Assembly (NCBI GenBank): GCA_964558665.1
Contig: CAZLFA010000007.1
Location: 15,266-79,265, forward strand
DNA from: an uncultured Syntrophaceae bacterium
Lineage (GTDB): Bacteria; Desulfobacterota; Syntrophia; Syntrophales; PHBD01
DNA: 64,000 nucleotides
Reading direction: 5' to 3'
The notes under the pieces: model-generated
What the model was told of the DNA's origin: nothing
The model's database searches: none
The model's input: the letters and a program-made list of their open reading frames with translations, nothing else
In this document: positions 8,405-19,455 of the stretch, one piece after another
Numbering within the stretch: the first letter of the stretch is position 1
How the letters are laid out: each line of letters begins with the position of its first letter
Position numbers and translations under genes: made by a program

Positions 8405-10546
8405 GTGCTTATGCTGAAAAAATATTTACTGTGGATTGTTGTCCTGCTCCTGCTGGCGCTGATTATTTTATATGTGACTGCCAGCGGGCTGATGCAGGAT
8501 GGGCCTCTCCCCCCCTCTTATAAGAAAGTCAGGGCGGAGTATCAGGTCTCGGACGCGGTTCTCCTCGACCGCCACGGACAGATTATTCACGAATTAAGGA
8601 TTGATCCACAGGGGCGAAGGCTGGACTGGGTAGATTTGAAGGATATCTCTCCCTCTTTTATCAAAACACTGATTCATGCGGAAGACCGTCGCTTTTACGG
8701 CCATCATGGAGTTGACTGGCAAGCGGTGGGGGGGGCTTTTCTGCAGGGGATGAGGAAGGGAAAATTCCGCGGAGCAAGCACAATAACAATGCAGCTTGCG
8801 GCCAGGCTTGAAAAGACGGTGCGACCCAAATCGTCCAGGAGAACCTGGCGGGAAAAGATTCGCCAGGCAAAAGTTGCCCGGTCGATAGAGCGCACATGGA
8901 CAAAGAAAGAAATTCTGGAAGCCTATGTAAACCTGATTACATTCAAAGGTGAACTTCAGGGAATAGCAGCCGCCTCCAGAGGTATTTTTGACAAGGAGCC
9001 GGGCGGGCTTACCGACAGGGATTCACTTATTCTCGTATCGCTGATTCCTTCAACCCACAGCGGCCTGGAAAACATTGCCGGAAGAGCGGCAATACTGGGC
9101 AGAGCTCTGGAAGTTGCCGTTAGTCCAGACGAAATCAAAGCACTCGTCCAGGAGACTATCGGCCGTCCCTATCGTCTTCGTCCTCAGATGTCCCTTGCCC
9201 CGCATGTGGCAAGGATGCTTCTGACGGAAAGCGGACAGCGCGTCAAATCTACCCTTGACGGCAGGCTTCAGGAGAACTCATATGAGATTCTCAATCGCCA
9301 GCTTGACATGCTCAAAGACCGTAACGTCCACGATGGCGCGGTTATTGTCGTGGAGAATGTAACCGGGGAGGTGCTGGCATATATAGGAAATTCCGGTGCC
9401 GGATCGTCATCACCCTATGTGGACGGAATCAGGGCCTTGAGGCAGGCGGGATCCACCCTCAAGCCTTTTCTGTATGAGCTTGCCCTGGAAAAAAGAATGC
9501 TGACCGCAGCTTCGATTATCGAGGATTCTCCCTTCCAGGTGGCCACGCCCACCGGGCTGTATGTGCCGGAAAACTACGGCAATGATTTTCTTGGACCTGT
9601 CAGCGTCAGAACCGCACTGTCTTCATCGCTGAATATTCCCGCTGTCCGGACAGTTGCAATGACGGGGATTGAGCCTTTTGTCAGCAGACTGAAAAAGCTG
9701 GGATTCGAAAGCATTAGAAAAGACGCGGATTATTATGGACACTCCATTGCCCTGGGGTCTGTGGACATCAGTCTGGCCGAACTGGTCAACGCCTATCGTG
9801 TAATGGCCAACGGAGGCAGATTCGGTGTACTCACGCTTGAGGCAGGAAAGGGAAGAAAACCTCTGAAGAGGGTTTTGGACAGGGATGCCGTCTTTATTAT
9901 CTCCAGCATACTTTCCGACCGGGAGGCCCGAAGCGCCACCTTCGGCCTTGAAAACTATCTTTCCACCCGCTTCTGGACGGCCGTAAAGACGGGGACCAGC
10001 AAGGACATGAGAGACAACTGGTGTATAGGTTTTTCAGAGAAGTTCACGGTGGGTGTCTGGGTGGGCAATTTTTCCGGGGAGCCCATGTGGAATGTGACCG
10101 GCATCTCCGGCGCCGCCCCGGTATGGCTTGAGGTGATGAACAGGCTTCATCCCCGTGGTGATTCGAAGAATCCGAAGCCGACCCCCGGAGTGATCGCCAG
10201 GGAAATAAGCTTTTCGCACCGTTTTGAACCGCAGAGGACAGAGTGGTTTATCAAGGGGACGGAACCGGAGGACAAGGTAACGCTTAACGCTCAGCATGAG
10301 ACAAGGACAATCATATATCCCGCGGAAGGCTCAATAATCTCCCTGGATCCTGATATACCGGAAGACAATCAGAGCATTGCGTTCCAGGTTCAGGGCAGGG
10401 CGGGCAGGATCATCTGGCAGCTTGACAGCGAGATTATCGGTTCGGAAAGCACAATGATGTGGAAACCCCGGCGCGGCATCCATGTCCTGTCTGTACTTGA
10501 CGAAAGCAAAAAGGTCCTGGATACAGTAAGGTTTACTGTGAAATAG
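8405..10546 (+). CDS. pbpC: Penicillin-binding protein 1C (bifunctional glycosyltransferase/transpeptidase)
   Basis: GT51 motifs (EDRRFYGHHGVD, GASTITMQLA), transpeptidase motifs (GSTLKP, KTGTSKD) and the C-terminal PBP1C-type extension. An ATG at 8411 is an alternative to the GTG at 8405. Confidence 0.85.
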   Translation: MLMLKKYLLWIVVLLLLALIILYVTASGLMQDGPLPPSYKKVRAEYQVSDAVLLDRHGQIIHELRIDPQGRRLDWVDLKDISPSFIKTLIHAEDRRFYGHHGVDWQAVGGAFLQGMRKGKFRGASTITMQLAARLEKTVRPKSSRRTWREKIRQAKVARSIERTWTKKEILEAYVNLITFKGELQGIAAASRGIFDKEPGGLTDRDSLILVSLIPSTHSGLENIAGRAAILGRALEVAVSPDEIKALVQETIGRPYRLRPQMSLAPHVARMLLTESGQRVKSTLDGRLQENSYEILNRQLDMLKDRNVHDGAVIVVENVTGEVLAYIGNSGAGSSSPYVDGIRALRQAGSTLKPFLYELALEKRMLTAASIIEDSPFQVATPTGLYVPENYGNDFLGPVSVRTALSSSLNIPAVRTVAMTGIEPFVSRLKKLGFESIRKDADYYGHSIALGSVDISLAELVNAYRVMANGGRFGVLTLEAGKGRKPLKRVLDRDAVFIISSILSDREARSATFGLENYLSTRFWTAVKTGTSKDMRDNWCIGFSEKFTVGVWVGNFSGEPMWNVTGISGAAPVWLEVMNRLHPRGDSKNPKPTPGVIAREISFSHRFEPQRTEWFIKGTEPEDKVTLNAQHETRTIIYPAEGSIISLDPDIPEDNQSIAFQVQGRAGRIIWQLDSEIIGSESTMMWKPRRGIHVLSVLDESKKVLDTVRFTVK

Positions 10547-10601
10547 ATTGACAAAATTATTTTATTATATCGATAGCAAAGCGAGAGGGGGTGTACAGTA
10601 G

Positions 10602-10820
10602 ATGGGAGTAATATCAGTAAGATTGAATAAAGACGAAGACAAGATGCTTAAATATTTATCCGAACATTTTAATGCCGATAAATCGACTCTTATTAAGAGA
10701 TCATTATTTGAATTGTATGAAAACATGCGCGATAATGATACTATAGATGCTTTTGAGATAAAAGAAAGCAAAGGGAGGATATCCTTTTTTACCGCGAATG
10801 ATATTCTCGAAGAGAATTAG
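10602..10820 (+). CDS. Ribbon-helix-helix antitoxin-like protein (RelB/DUF6290-like), no adjacent toxin gene
   Basis: 72 aa. ISVRLNKDEDKMLKYLSEHFNADKSTLIKRSLFELYENMRDNDTIDAF fits the RHH strand-helix-helix pattern of type II antitoxins. A GAGGGGG Shine-Dalgarno sequence lies upstream. Confidence 0.6.
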   Translation: MGVISVRLNKDEDKMLKYLSEHFNADKSTLIKRSLFELYENMRDNDTIDAFEIKESKGRISFFTANDILEEN

Positions 10821-13627
10821 AAGAGAATTATTTTCAGAAACTTCCCCGTCAGGGATACTTCGGAAGATGCAACCTCTTCGGGAGTGCCTGAAGCCATGAT
10901 AGTTCCTCCGCCCGGTCCGCCTTCCGGTCCCAAGTCGATTATGTAATCCGCAGATTTGATGATATCCAGATTGTGCTCGATGACAACGATCGTGTTGCCC
11001 ATGTCCACCAGCCTCATCAAGACGTCGAGCAGCTTCTGTATGTCGGCGAAATGCAGGCCTATCGTGGGTTCGTCCAGGATGTAAAGCGTGTTGCTGTTGG
11101 TTTTTTTCCCCAGTTCCCTCGACAATTTGATTCTTTGCGCCTCCCCTCCGGAAAGTGTTGTCGCCGACTGTCCGAGCCTGATATAGCCCAGGCCGACGTC
11201 CGCAAGGAGCTGCAGTTTGGAGCGGATGGAAGGTATATTCTCGAAAAATGTCAACGCCTGTCCTACGGTCATGTCAAGAACGTCGGCAATGCTCTTCTCC
11301 TTGTATCGAATATCAAGGGTATCCCTGTTGAAGCGTTTGCCGTGGCAGACGTCGCATGTTACATAGACGTCGGGCAGAAAGTGCATCTCTATCTTGATCA
11401 GGCCGTTTCCCTGGCATGCTTCACAGCGGCCGCCCTTGACGTTGAAGCTGAACCGTCCCGGCTTGTAGCCCCTGATGCGGGAGTCGGGAAGCCCGGTAAA
11501 CAAATCTCTGATATGGGAAAAAATGCCTGTATATGTTACGGGGTTTGAACGGGGGGTCCGGCCGATGGGCTGCTGGTTGATCATGATGATTCTGTCTATA
11601 CTGCCGGTGTCTGCGATGCGATCCAGTTTGCCCATGCCGCCCTTCAGTCCGTATATCCTTTTCGAAAGCGCCTTGTACAGCGTTTCGATCACCATGGTAC
11701 TTTTGCCTGAACCTGAAACGCCGGTCACCGCCGTAAATATGCCCACGGGAATCCGGATATCTATGTTTTTGAGATTGTGCTCGTGCGCTCCTTCAATGAC
11801 AATGAATCGATCCGGCACGGGCCGCCGCTTATCGGGAAGAGGTATGGAAAGCTTGCCCGAGAGGTACAGACCGGTTAAGGAATGGTCGCTGTTGCAGATG
11901 TCCATGGGGGTTCCCTGAAAAACTATCCGGCCGCCGTTCTGCCCGGCGCCCGGCCCCATGTCGATAATATCGTCCGATTCCATCATCATCTCGGCGTCGT
12001 GTTCTACAACCAGAACGGTGTTTCCCATGTCCCTCAGCCGCTTGAGGGTGTTGATCAGGCGCTCATTGTCACGCTGGTGGAGACCAACCGTAGGTTCATC
12101 CAATATATAGAGTACTCCGACAAGCCCGGAACCGATCTGGGTTGCCAGCCTGATGCGCTGTCCCTCTCCTCCGGAAAGCGTGCCTGAAGACCTTTCCAGG
12201 CTCAGATAGTCGATCCCCACATCGACCAGAAATCGCAGCCTTTCCCTTATTTCCTTAAGAATTCGCTCTGAGATCAGGGCTTCCTGGTGTGTGAGAGGGA
12301 TGGATTTGAAGAAGTCGTAACAGTCCCTGATGGAAAGGCAGCAGACCTCATAGATGTTGCGGCCGGCTATTCTGACCGACAGGTTTTCCTTCTTCAGCCT
12401 TGCACCCATGCAGGCAGGACACTCCCGCTGATTGATATAGCGCGCAAGATCCATGCGTATGGCGTTAGACGTTGTTTCGCGGTAGCGTCTGTCCAACTGA
12501 TTGAGTATGCCTTCGAATTTTCTGGAATAGAAGTAGCGTCTTCCGCTTCTGTCCATGTAAAACTTGATCTTCTCCGGGCCGGAGCCGTAAAGAAGCGCAT
12601 TTTGCGTGTTCTCCGGTAAGTGCCTGAAGGGGGTGTTGATGTCGAAATGGTAGTGCTGCGCCAAAGCGTCAACGATCTGGTGAAAATAGACGGATTGTCT
12701 GCCTGCCCAGGGGGCTATCGCGCCTTCGCGGACAGAAAGAGATGTGTCGGGAACTACCAGCGCCTCATCGAAAAACATTTTCGTTCCCAGGCCGCCGCAC
12801 TCCTCGCAGGCCCCGTAAGGACTGTTGAATGAGAACATGCGCGGCGCAAGCTCCGAGATGCTGATACCGCATTCCGGACACGCGTACCGTTCACTGAAAA
12901 CGGTTTCCTCACCTCCGGCAATGCTTACGCTGACAAGTCCTCCGGAAAGTCCGGAGGCCGTTTCCAGGGAATCCCGCAAACGCTTTCTTATGCCGTCTTT
13001 AATAATGATCCTGTCCACGACGACATCGATGTCGTGCCGCTTGTTCTTGTCGAGGTTTATATCGTCCGCCAGTTCCCTTATTTCACCATCAACCCGGATC
13101 CGGACAAAACCTTCCTTGATCAGTTTCTTGAACTCCTTGTGAAACTCACCTTTTCTGCCCCTGATTACCGGCGCCATCAGGGTTATCCGTGATTTCTCAG
13201 GGAAGGCAAGGACGGCATCCATCATCATGTCGATAGTCTGCGATCTTATCTCCCTGCCGCACTTATAGCAGTGGGGAATTCCGATTCTGGCATAAAGAAG
13301 ACGCAGATAATCGTATATCTCTGTTACTGTGCCGACTGTAGAACGGGGATTCTGGCTTGCTGTTCTCTGCTCGATGGCTATGGCGGGAGAAAGCCCCTCT
13401 ATCGACTCCACGTCGGGCTTGTCCATCTGTCCGATGAACTGCCGTGCGTATGCCGACAGCGATTCGACATAGCGCCGCTGTCCTTCGGCGTAAATTGTGT
13501 CGAAGGCGAGAGAAGATTTCCCCGAGCCGCTTACACCGGTGATTACCACCAGCTTGTCTCTGGGAATGTCGATATTGATGTGCTTGAGGTTGTGCTGTGA
13601 AGCGCCCTTGATGCGTATAAAGTTCAT
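10817..13627 (-). CDS. uvrA: Excinuclease ABC subunit A
   Basis: 936 aa. N-terminal [23 protein letters not shown], a second Walker [10 protein letters not shown], two LSGGE signatures and zinc-finger CxxC pairs. Confidence 0.97.
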   Translation of the reverse strand: MNFIRIKGASQHNLKHINIDIPRDKLVVITGVSGSGKSSLAFDTIYAEGQRRYVESLSAYARQFIGQMDKPDVESIEGLSPAIAIEQRTASQNPRSTVGTVTEIYDYLRLLYARIGIPHCYKCGREIRSQTIDMMMDAVLAFPEKSRITLMAPVIRGRKGEFHKEFKKLIKEGFVRIRVDGEIRELADDINLDKNKRHDIDVVVDRIIIKDGIRKRLRDSLETASGLSGGLVSVSIAGGEETVFSERYACPECGISISELAPRMFSFNSPYGACEECGGLGTKMFFDEALVVPDTSLSVREGAIAPWAGRQSVYFHQIVDALAQHYHFDINTPFRHLPENTQNALLYGSGPEKIKFYMDRSGRRYFYSRKFEGILNQLDRRYRETTSNAIRMDLARYINQRECPACMGARLKKENLSVRIAGRNIYEVCCLSIRDCYDFFKSIPLTHQEALISERILKEIRERLRFLVDVGIDYLSLERSSGTLSGGEGQRIRLATQIGSGLVGVLYILDEPTVGLHQRDNERLINTLKRLRDMGNTVLVVEHDAEMMMESDDIIDMGPGAGQNGGRIVFQGTPMDICNSDHSLTGLYLSGKLSIPLPDKRRPVPDRFIVIEGAHEHNLKNIDIRIPVGIFTAVTGVSGSGKSTMVIETLYKALSKRIYGLKGGMGKLDRIADTGSIDRIIMINQQPIGRTPRSNPVTYTGIFSHIRDLFTGLPDSRIRGYKPGRFSFNVKGGRCEACQGNGLIKIEMHFLPDVYVTCDVCHGKRFNRDTLDIRYKEKSIADVLDMTVGQALTFFENIPSIRSKLQLLADVGLGYIRLGQSATTLSGGEAQRIKLSRELGKKTNSNTLYILDEPTIGLHFADIQKLLDVLMRLVDMGNTIVVIEHNLDIIKSADYIIDLGPEGGPGGGTIMASGTPEEVASSEVSLTGKFLKIILF

Positions 13628-13679
13628 CGGTCGGTCAACCCGAAATGGTTGTGTGAAAAAAAGTATTCAGTATGCATAT

Positions 13680-13726
13680 TCTTCCTTGGCTTCCATCCGG
13701 AAGTTACTGAAGGAAGCCAAGGGAGA
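13680..13726 (-). terminator. Long hairpin between the PPIase operon end and the uvrA start (possible terminator or operator)
   Basis: tcttccttggcttcc (13680-13694) pairs with ggaagccaagggaga (13712-13726): 15 bp with one mismatch and a loop of about 17 nt. The T-run on the minus strand is not immediately adjacent. Confidence 0.35.
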
Positions 13727-13735
13727 AGACAATTG

Positions 13736-14704
13736 TTATAACTTTACTTCTATCAGCGACTTCGTGCGAAGTTCAGTCATCCACTCTTCGAACTTTTTGT
13801 CCATCTTTTCGGCCTCGATCTTTCTCTTGATTTCCGCACGTACCATGTCGATGCTTTTTACTCCTTCGCCTCTTTTGTCCATGATCATGATAATGTGGTA
13901 GCCTGCCGGTGATTCGAAAACAGGGCTTATTTCTTTGACCGCCATGCTGAAAGCCATCTTTTCAACCTCGGGCAGCATCGCTCCTCTTTCAATAAAACCG
14001 AGATCGCCTCCCCTGTTGGCAGCGGGGCCTTCAGAATATTTCGCTGCCAGAAAATCAAACGGTTCTCCTCCTTTTAACTGTTTGTACACAGATTCCGCCT
14101 TTGCCCTGATGGTCTCTCTGGTTTTGCTGTTGGCATCCTTCGGCAGCAGAAGCAGGATCTGCTTGATCCTGACAGCCTCCTTGCCTTCATATTCATTGCG
14201 ATGGCTCTTGTAATATTCTCCGATTTCATCGTCGGAAACGGTTACCTTGTAGTTAACTTCAAATTTGAAAAGTCTCATTTTTAATATCTGAGTCTTCGTT
14301 TTTTCCTTGTACTGTTCGAAGGTCAAATCTTCTTTTGCCAGATTCTTTTTCAACTGCTCCAGGCTGATTTTGTTGTTGGTAAGCATGTTGTTGATCATTG
14401 ACATGACGTCTTCATCTTTGACTACTGACCCGAATTTCTTGGCCTCCTGCTCGATCAATTTTTCTTCAATCAGCCGATTGAGGATCGCCTGCCGGGCTTC
14501 CGCTACTATTTTATCCTTGTCCGGTCCCTTGTAATTCGCGTCTATTCTCTGAATGACGGGCTGCAGGGCGGTGTTAAGATCATAAAGAGTTATCGCTTCG
14601 CCGTTAACCGTCGCAATTATCCGATCCCTGATGGCGGCATCGGCCCCTGATGAAAGCAATAATGTTATTGTCACAAGTGCCGCTAATATTTTATTTACGT
14701 TCAC
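13736..14704 (-). CDS. SurA-like periplasmic chaperone / parvulin-type peptidyl-prolyl isomerase
   Basis: Signal peptide [23 protein letters not shown] and a parvulin domain ([21 protein letters not shown]...ESPAGYHII). Confidence 0.8.
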   Translation of the reverse strand: MNVNKILAALVTITLLLSSGADAAIRDRIIATVNGEAITLYDLNTALQPVIQRIDANYKGPDKDKIVAEARQAILNRLIEEKLIEQEAKKFGSVVKDEDVMSMINNMLTNNKISLEQLKKNLAKEDLTFEQYKEKTKTQILKMRLFKFEVNYKVTVSDDEIGEYYKSHRNEYEGKEAVRIKQILLLLPKDANSKTRETIRAKAESVYKQLKGGEPFDFLAAKYSEGPAANRGGDLGFIERGAMLPEVEKMAFSMAVKEISPVFESPAGYHIIMIMDKRGEGVKSIDMVRAEIKRKIEAEKMDKKFEEWMTELRTKSLIEVKL

Positions 14705-15750
14705 TGTTTATTCTCCTGTAAATGGTTTATTGATTCTGAATCTTTTATCGCGCCCATGTTAATTTGAACAGTTGCCCTTTTCCTCAACCCCTGCAGCCAG
14801 ATGGAATATGCCTGTTCCTCTTTCTGGCTTTTTAGTCGGGAAAGAATATCTTCTTTTGCCGCCGCAAAGGGTTTTTGTCCTCCCGTATATTTCTTCATGA
14901 CCTTGAAGATGTGAAAACCATAAGGGCTCTTCACGACACGGCTGATCTGTCCTATCGGTATTGAAAAAATAACCGAGTCAATTTCTTCCGGCATGACCCC
15001 GCGCGGCATGAATCCCAGGTCGCCGCCCTTTGATGCCTCCGGTGTCATTGATGCTTCGCGGGCCACCGCTGCAAAATCTTCACCCATGTTCAATCTGTTC
15101 AATATCGCTTCCGCCTTATCCGCATCCCTTGTCAAGATCTGCGCTACATGAACCCTGGGTGTGGAAGTGTAAGCCTTTATGTTCTTCCTGTAGTAGTCAA
15201 TGGCTTCTTTATCGGATATCTTTATGCCGGCATAGACATCCTTTTCTATAAGCTTTTCCATCAGCATACGTTTTTTTAATTCTTCCTTCCATCGTTCGAA
15301 CTTTATGCCCGGCGGAAAATTGCCGTTAAAATCACCATTGCCGTAATCTTTCCTAATCTCATCTATTTTTTTTGTCAATTCATTGTCGTTTACCGTGATC
15401 GACAGTTCCCCGGCTCGCTGAATCATCAGTTTCTCTGTAATCATTGCATTGAGAATCTCTTCCTTCAGTTTTTCAATTTCGGCTGATGACGATGTCTTGC
15501 CGGCAGCAATAATATCCCAATGCTTCTTATAGCGTATTTCATATTCAGACAAAGGTATTTTCTCTCCGTTTACCGTTGCCACAAACGGCTGATCCGACTT
15601 ACGGCAACTCAGCAGGCTGAGGGCGATTATCAGCACCAGAATTATTGCGATGTTGGAGACGGCCGTCATTTTATGCTGATTATTCATATCCTGCATCATA
15701 TATGGTGATAGCTGTGCAAAGCCCTCAGATTGTTGTTGACCGGTATTCAA
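14701..15750 (-). CDS. Parvulin-type peptidyl-prolyl isomerase, probable lipoprotein (SurA/PrsA-like)
   Basis: Lipobox-like LIIALSLLSC and a parvulin domain (GGDLGFMPRGVMPEEIDSVIF...KSPYGFHIF). A 4-nt overlap with the mfd stop suggests translational coupling. Confidence 0.8.
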   Translation of the reverse strand: MNTGQQQSEGFAQLSPYMMQDMNNQHKMTAVSNIAIILVLIIALSLLSCRKSDQPFVATVNGEKIPLSEYEIRYKKHWDIIAAGKTSSSAEIEKLKEEILNAMITEKLMIQRAGELSITVNDNELTKKIDEIRKDYGNGDFNGNFPPGIKFERWKEELKKRMLMEKLIEKDVYAGIKISDKEAIDYYRKNIKAYTSTPRVHVAQILTRDADKAEAILNRLNMGEDFAAVAREASMTPEASKGGDLGFMPRGVMPEEIDSVIFSIPIGQISRVVKSPYGFHIFKVMKKYTGGQKPFAAAKEDILSRLKSQKEEQAYSIWLQGLRKRATVQINMGAIKDSESINHLQENKQ

Positions 15751-18700
15751 TCAATCAATGCCTTCAGCAATCCGCCTGCCCTTGCCAGCACGTCTTTTCC
15801 CTCCAGACCGGGAGCGGGAACGGAGAGAGTCATGTCCGGCGTCAATCTCATGCCCTTGAGCTGTTTTCGGGAAAGAGCGATCAATCTTGCAGGATCGACG
15901 GGGCTGTCTGTCCTGAACATTATCGACATATTTTTCCCGTCGTAGAACATTTTTTTGCCCTTTACCCGCTTCAGAATATTTCTAATCCGGATTGTTTCCA
16001 GAAGGTTGTTTACCTCCTCAGGCAGAAAGCCGAAGCCATCCTTCAGGCCGTCTCTGATCTCTGCCAGTTCTTCGTCGGAAGATGCCAGTGAAATTTTCTT
16101 ATAGGTGACAAGCCTTCTGTTATCATCCCCCATATAATCCTCTGGAATATAAGCGGAAAGGCCGAGCTGTATCTCGGGGCGAAAATCCTCTTCCGGGGGA
16201 GTTGTACCCTTCAATTCCTGAATGGTCTTTTCCATAAGCTCTGTGTAGAGTTCATATCCTACAGCCGACACATGCCCTGATTGAGAAATGCCGAGGAGAT
16301 TACCCGCGCCTCTGATTTCCAGATCGTTCGATGCGATGCGGAATCCCGATCCGGGTTCCGAAAAATCCATAATTACCTGCAGGCGTTTCTGGGCGTCTCT
16401 CGTCAGTATGGCGCCTTTCGGAACCAGGAGATAGGCAAACGCCTCTTCCCTGGAACGGCCTACTCTTCCTCTGAGCTGGTAGAGCTGGGCAAGACCGAAG
16501 CGATCAGCCCGGTTTATGACAATGGTGTTGGCCGTAGGTATGTCAACTCCGGAAGCTACTATTGTTGTGCAAACCAATACATTGTAATCCTTTTTGACAA
16601 ATTTTACCATCGCATCCTCGATCTCTTTGGGCTTCATCCGGCCATGGACGATGCCGATTTTAGCCTCCGGGATCAATTTCCCCAGCAGTCTTGCCATGCT
16701 GTATATTGAATTGACGCGGTCGTGAATGAAAAACACCTGGCCGCCCCTTGCAATCTCTCCTTTGACGGCATTTGCTATTACATCCTCGTCAAACTCGAAA
16801 AGAAAAGTCTTTATGGGCAGGCGGTCTTCCGGAGGAGTGTTGATGATGGACAGGTCACGAATCCCGACAAGGGAGAGGTGAAGAGTGCGTGGAATCGGTG
16901 TGGCGGAGAGAGTAAGGACATCGACGAGCGTCCGCAGCGTCTTCAATTTTTCCTTATGGGCGACACCAAACCGCTGTTCTTCGTCTATTATGACAAGCCC
17001 CAGGTTTTTGAAGCGGATATCGCTTTGAAGAATCCTGTGTGTGCCGATCAGGATATCTATGCTGCCCCTGCGTATCTCCTCTGCAACTTCCTGCTGCTGG
17101 GCTCTGGGTTTGAGACGGTTCATAACAGCCAGCCGCATGGGATAATCCTGCAGCCGGCCCATAAAGGTCTGATAATGCTGCTCTGCCAGGATAGTAGTGG
17201 GCACGAGCAGGGCAACCTGTTTTCCATCCATGACCGCCCGGAACGAAGCCCGCAGCGCGACCTCTGTTTTACCGAAGCCCGCATCGCCGCATACAAGGCG
17301 GTCCATGGGCTTGGAGTCGCTCATGTCCAGTTGAATGTCTTCGATGGCTTTTGCCTGATCCGCCGTTTCCTCAAAAGGGAAGCTTGAACAAAACTCTTCG
17401 TATGTCCTGTCAGGAGGAGCAAAGGCATCACGTTCCATGACCTCCCGCGCAGCATAGATGGATACAAGTTCTTCGGCGACCTCACGCACGGATTTCTTTA
17501 CTTTTTCCTTAACTGCATCCCAGGAGGTTCCTCCCAGTCTGTCTATCTTGGGCTGGTAGCCGTCGGGACCGATGTAGCGCTGAAGCATGTCGAGGCGGTC
17601 AACCGGGAGATACAGCTTGTCGTTCTCCTGGTATTCGACAAGCAGAAAGTCATTTTCTGTTCCTCCGACAGCAAGCTTCTGCAATCCTCTGTAGAGGCCT
17701 ATGCCGTGGTCTGTGTGAACCACATAGTCCCCTTCCTTTAATTCTCCGAACGATTTGAGGAAATATCCCTCCCGAGATGCCCTGGCTTTCCTTCTGGCTG
17801 TTTTTTTACCGAAAACGTCGTCTTCGGTGATCGCAACCACCTGCAGCTCCGGTATTATGAAGCTGCCGGAGAGCTTTCCGTCCAAGAGTACAAGCTGTCC
17901 CTTTTTTTCTGTTTGCCGGATTAAAGTGAGAAAAGGTGTATCCGCGCAGGCAATGGTCAGTGAGTATTGGTCAAGGAGGTGGCGAATCCTTTGCATTTCT
18001 CCCGGACCGCTGCATATCAAGGCAACAAGATTTCCATCGGCTGTCCATTTATTTATGCTTTCAACCAGCGGCGCCAGAAGGCCGCTTTCAACTGACGGTC
18101 CGTGCTGTGTCCTGACGGTGCGGTCAATTTTTTCCGCCTTCAGTTCTATTACCGGCCCCGCACCCCCTTCTTCATTGCTGACAGATATCTCTTCAAATAT
18201 TATCTGCCGGAATGATGATAGTTGATCAAAAACGGATTCGGGGGATAGAAAGGATGATTTTCTTTCCAGATAAAACCTGTCGCCGGATGCCGCTTTCTCG
18301 AGGAAGCGTTCCATGCCGTTTTCCCACGATTGAAGAGAGTGCCCGATGTTTATGGGGTTGTCATATACAATAATGCTGTCCCCGGAAATAAAGTCGGCCA
18401 GTGAACCGGGATGCTCCCATCGCTCTGAAGCTGCTGTTTCTGCAAACGTGTATTCATTTGATTGACGGCCGTTTCCATAAAACAGTGAAAGAAAAATCGG
18501 ATTGATGGACGACGACCCGCTGTTTTCCAGGGTTTCAAGTATCCTGTTTTTCAGGCTCTTGGGCAGGTCAAGTTCGTCAAAGCGTTCTTTTGTTTTGCGT
18601 ACGGCAAGCCTTCTGCTTTCTTCCGTAATGATCACCTCGCGTGCCGGAGGCAATGAGAAGTCAACAATCTCCCCTGCGGATCTCTGGGATACCGGATCAA

Positions 18701-19343
18701 AAGGTCTTATAGACTCCAGCTCATCCCCGAAAAATTCCATGCGCACGGGCCTTTCGCCCGTTACAGGATAGACATCGATGACATGACCGCGGATGCTGAA
18801 TTCCCCCTTTTCCTCGACCAGCGCCGTTCTGTGATAGCCGCCGGAGAGCAGTTTTTCCAGGAATATTTCTCGTTCGATGCAGTCACCGATAGAGACCGTC
18901 TGCATATAATCGCTCAGTGATTTCCTGGGAATGGTTCTGGCAAGCAGGGACGTTACGGGCAGAGCCACAATGCAGGCGTTTCCAGATGAGAGTCTGCACA
19001 GGGTGTCTGTGCGGACCAGTTCTGTCTCTCGCTGAATTGCGAACATGTCGGCCGACATTGTGTCATAAGCGGGAAATATCCGTACCAGCTCGTTATTGCC
19101 TGTAAAAAAGGCAATGTCTTTTTGCAGACCGACCGCCTCCTGCTCTGTTGCAGTTACCACGATCAATGATCTTTGCAGTGCACTGAAAATAATGGATAAA
19201 ACCAGCGCCCGCACGGAGCCGCCCGGGATGTTGACCCTTGTTATCCGGTTTTCCTTGAAGCTGATGCCGGACAGCAGTTCGGCAACGGCTGTACCCGTCG
19301 CTGACCCGGCTTGAATCCGATTTTTCTCTACTATCTTTCTCAT
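15747..19343 (-). CDS. mfd: Transcription-repair coupling factor
   Basis: 1198 aa. CarD/TRCF RNAP-interaction region (GDYVVHTDHGIGLYRGL), helicase motifs (CGDAGFGKTEVA, IIDEEQRFG, LSATPIPRTL) and a TRG motif region. Confidence 0.97.
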   Translation of the reverse strand: MRKIVEKNRIQAGSATGTAVAELLSGISFKENRITRVNIPGGSVRALVLSIIFSALQRSLIVVTATEQEAVGLQKDIAFFTGNNELVRIFPAYDTMSADMFAIQRETELVRTDTLCRLSSGNACIVALPVTSLLARTIPRKSLSDYMQTVSIGDCIEREIFLEKLLSGGYHRTALVEEKGEFSIRGHVIDVYPVTGERPVRMEFFGDELESIRPFDPVSQRSAGEIVDFSLPPAREVIITEESRRLAVRKTKERFDELDLPKSLKNRILETLENSGSSSINPIFLSLFYGNGRQSNEYTFAETAASERWEHPGSLADFISGDSIIVYDNPINIGHSLQSWENGMERFLEKAASGDRFYLERKSSFLSPESVFDQLSSFRQIIFEEISVSNEEGGAGPVIELKAEKIDRTVRTQHGPSVESGLLAPLVESINKWTADGNLVALICSGPGEMQRIRHLLDQYSLTIACADTPFLTLIRQTEKKGQLVLLDGKLSGSFIIPELQVVAITEDDVFGKKTARRKARASREGYFLKSFGELKEGDYVVHTDHGIGLYRGLQKLAVGGTENDFLLVEYQENDKLYLPVDRLDMLQRYIGPDGYQPKIDRLGGTSWDAVKEKVKKSVREVAEELVSIYAAREVMERDAFAPPDRTYEEFCSSFPFEETADQAKAIEDIQLDMSDSKPMDRLVCGDAGFGKTEVALRASFRAVMDGKQVALLVPTTILAEQHYQTFMGRLQDYPMRLAVMNRLKPRAQQQEVAEEIRRGSIDILIGTHRILQSDIRFKNLGLVIIDEEQRFGVAHKEKLKTLRTLVDVLTLSATPIPRTLHLSLVGIRDLSIINTPPEDRLPIKTFLFEFDEDVIANAVKGEIARGGQVFFIHDRVNSIYSMARLLGKLIPEAKIGIVHGRMKPKEIEDAMVKFVKKDYNVLVCTTIVASGVDIPTANTIVINRADRFGLAQLYQLRGRVGRSREEAFAYLLVPKGAILTRDAQKRLQVIMDFSEPGSGFRIASNDLEIRGAGNLLGISQSGHVSAVGYELYTELMEKTIQELKGTTPPEEDFRPEIQLGLSAYIPEDYMGDDNRRLVTYKKISLASSDEELAEIRDGLKDGFGFLPEEVNNLLETIRIRNILKRVKGKKMFYDGKNMSIMFRTDSPVDPARLIALSRKQLKGMRLTPDMTLSVPAPGLEGKDVLARAGGLLKALID

Positions 19344-19455
19344 GATGTATCTCTCATTAAATTATAAAGGCTATACCATGAAAATAAAATATTCAAGAGA
19401 AACGGCTGTTGATTACTCCCGGAAATTATAGTAGTTGATTGACGGAGGGTTGTTG

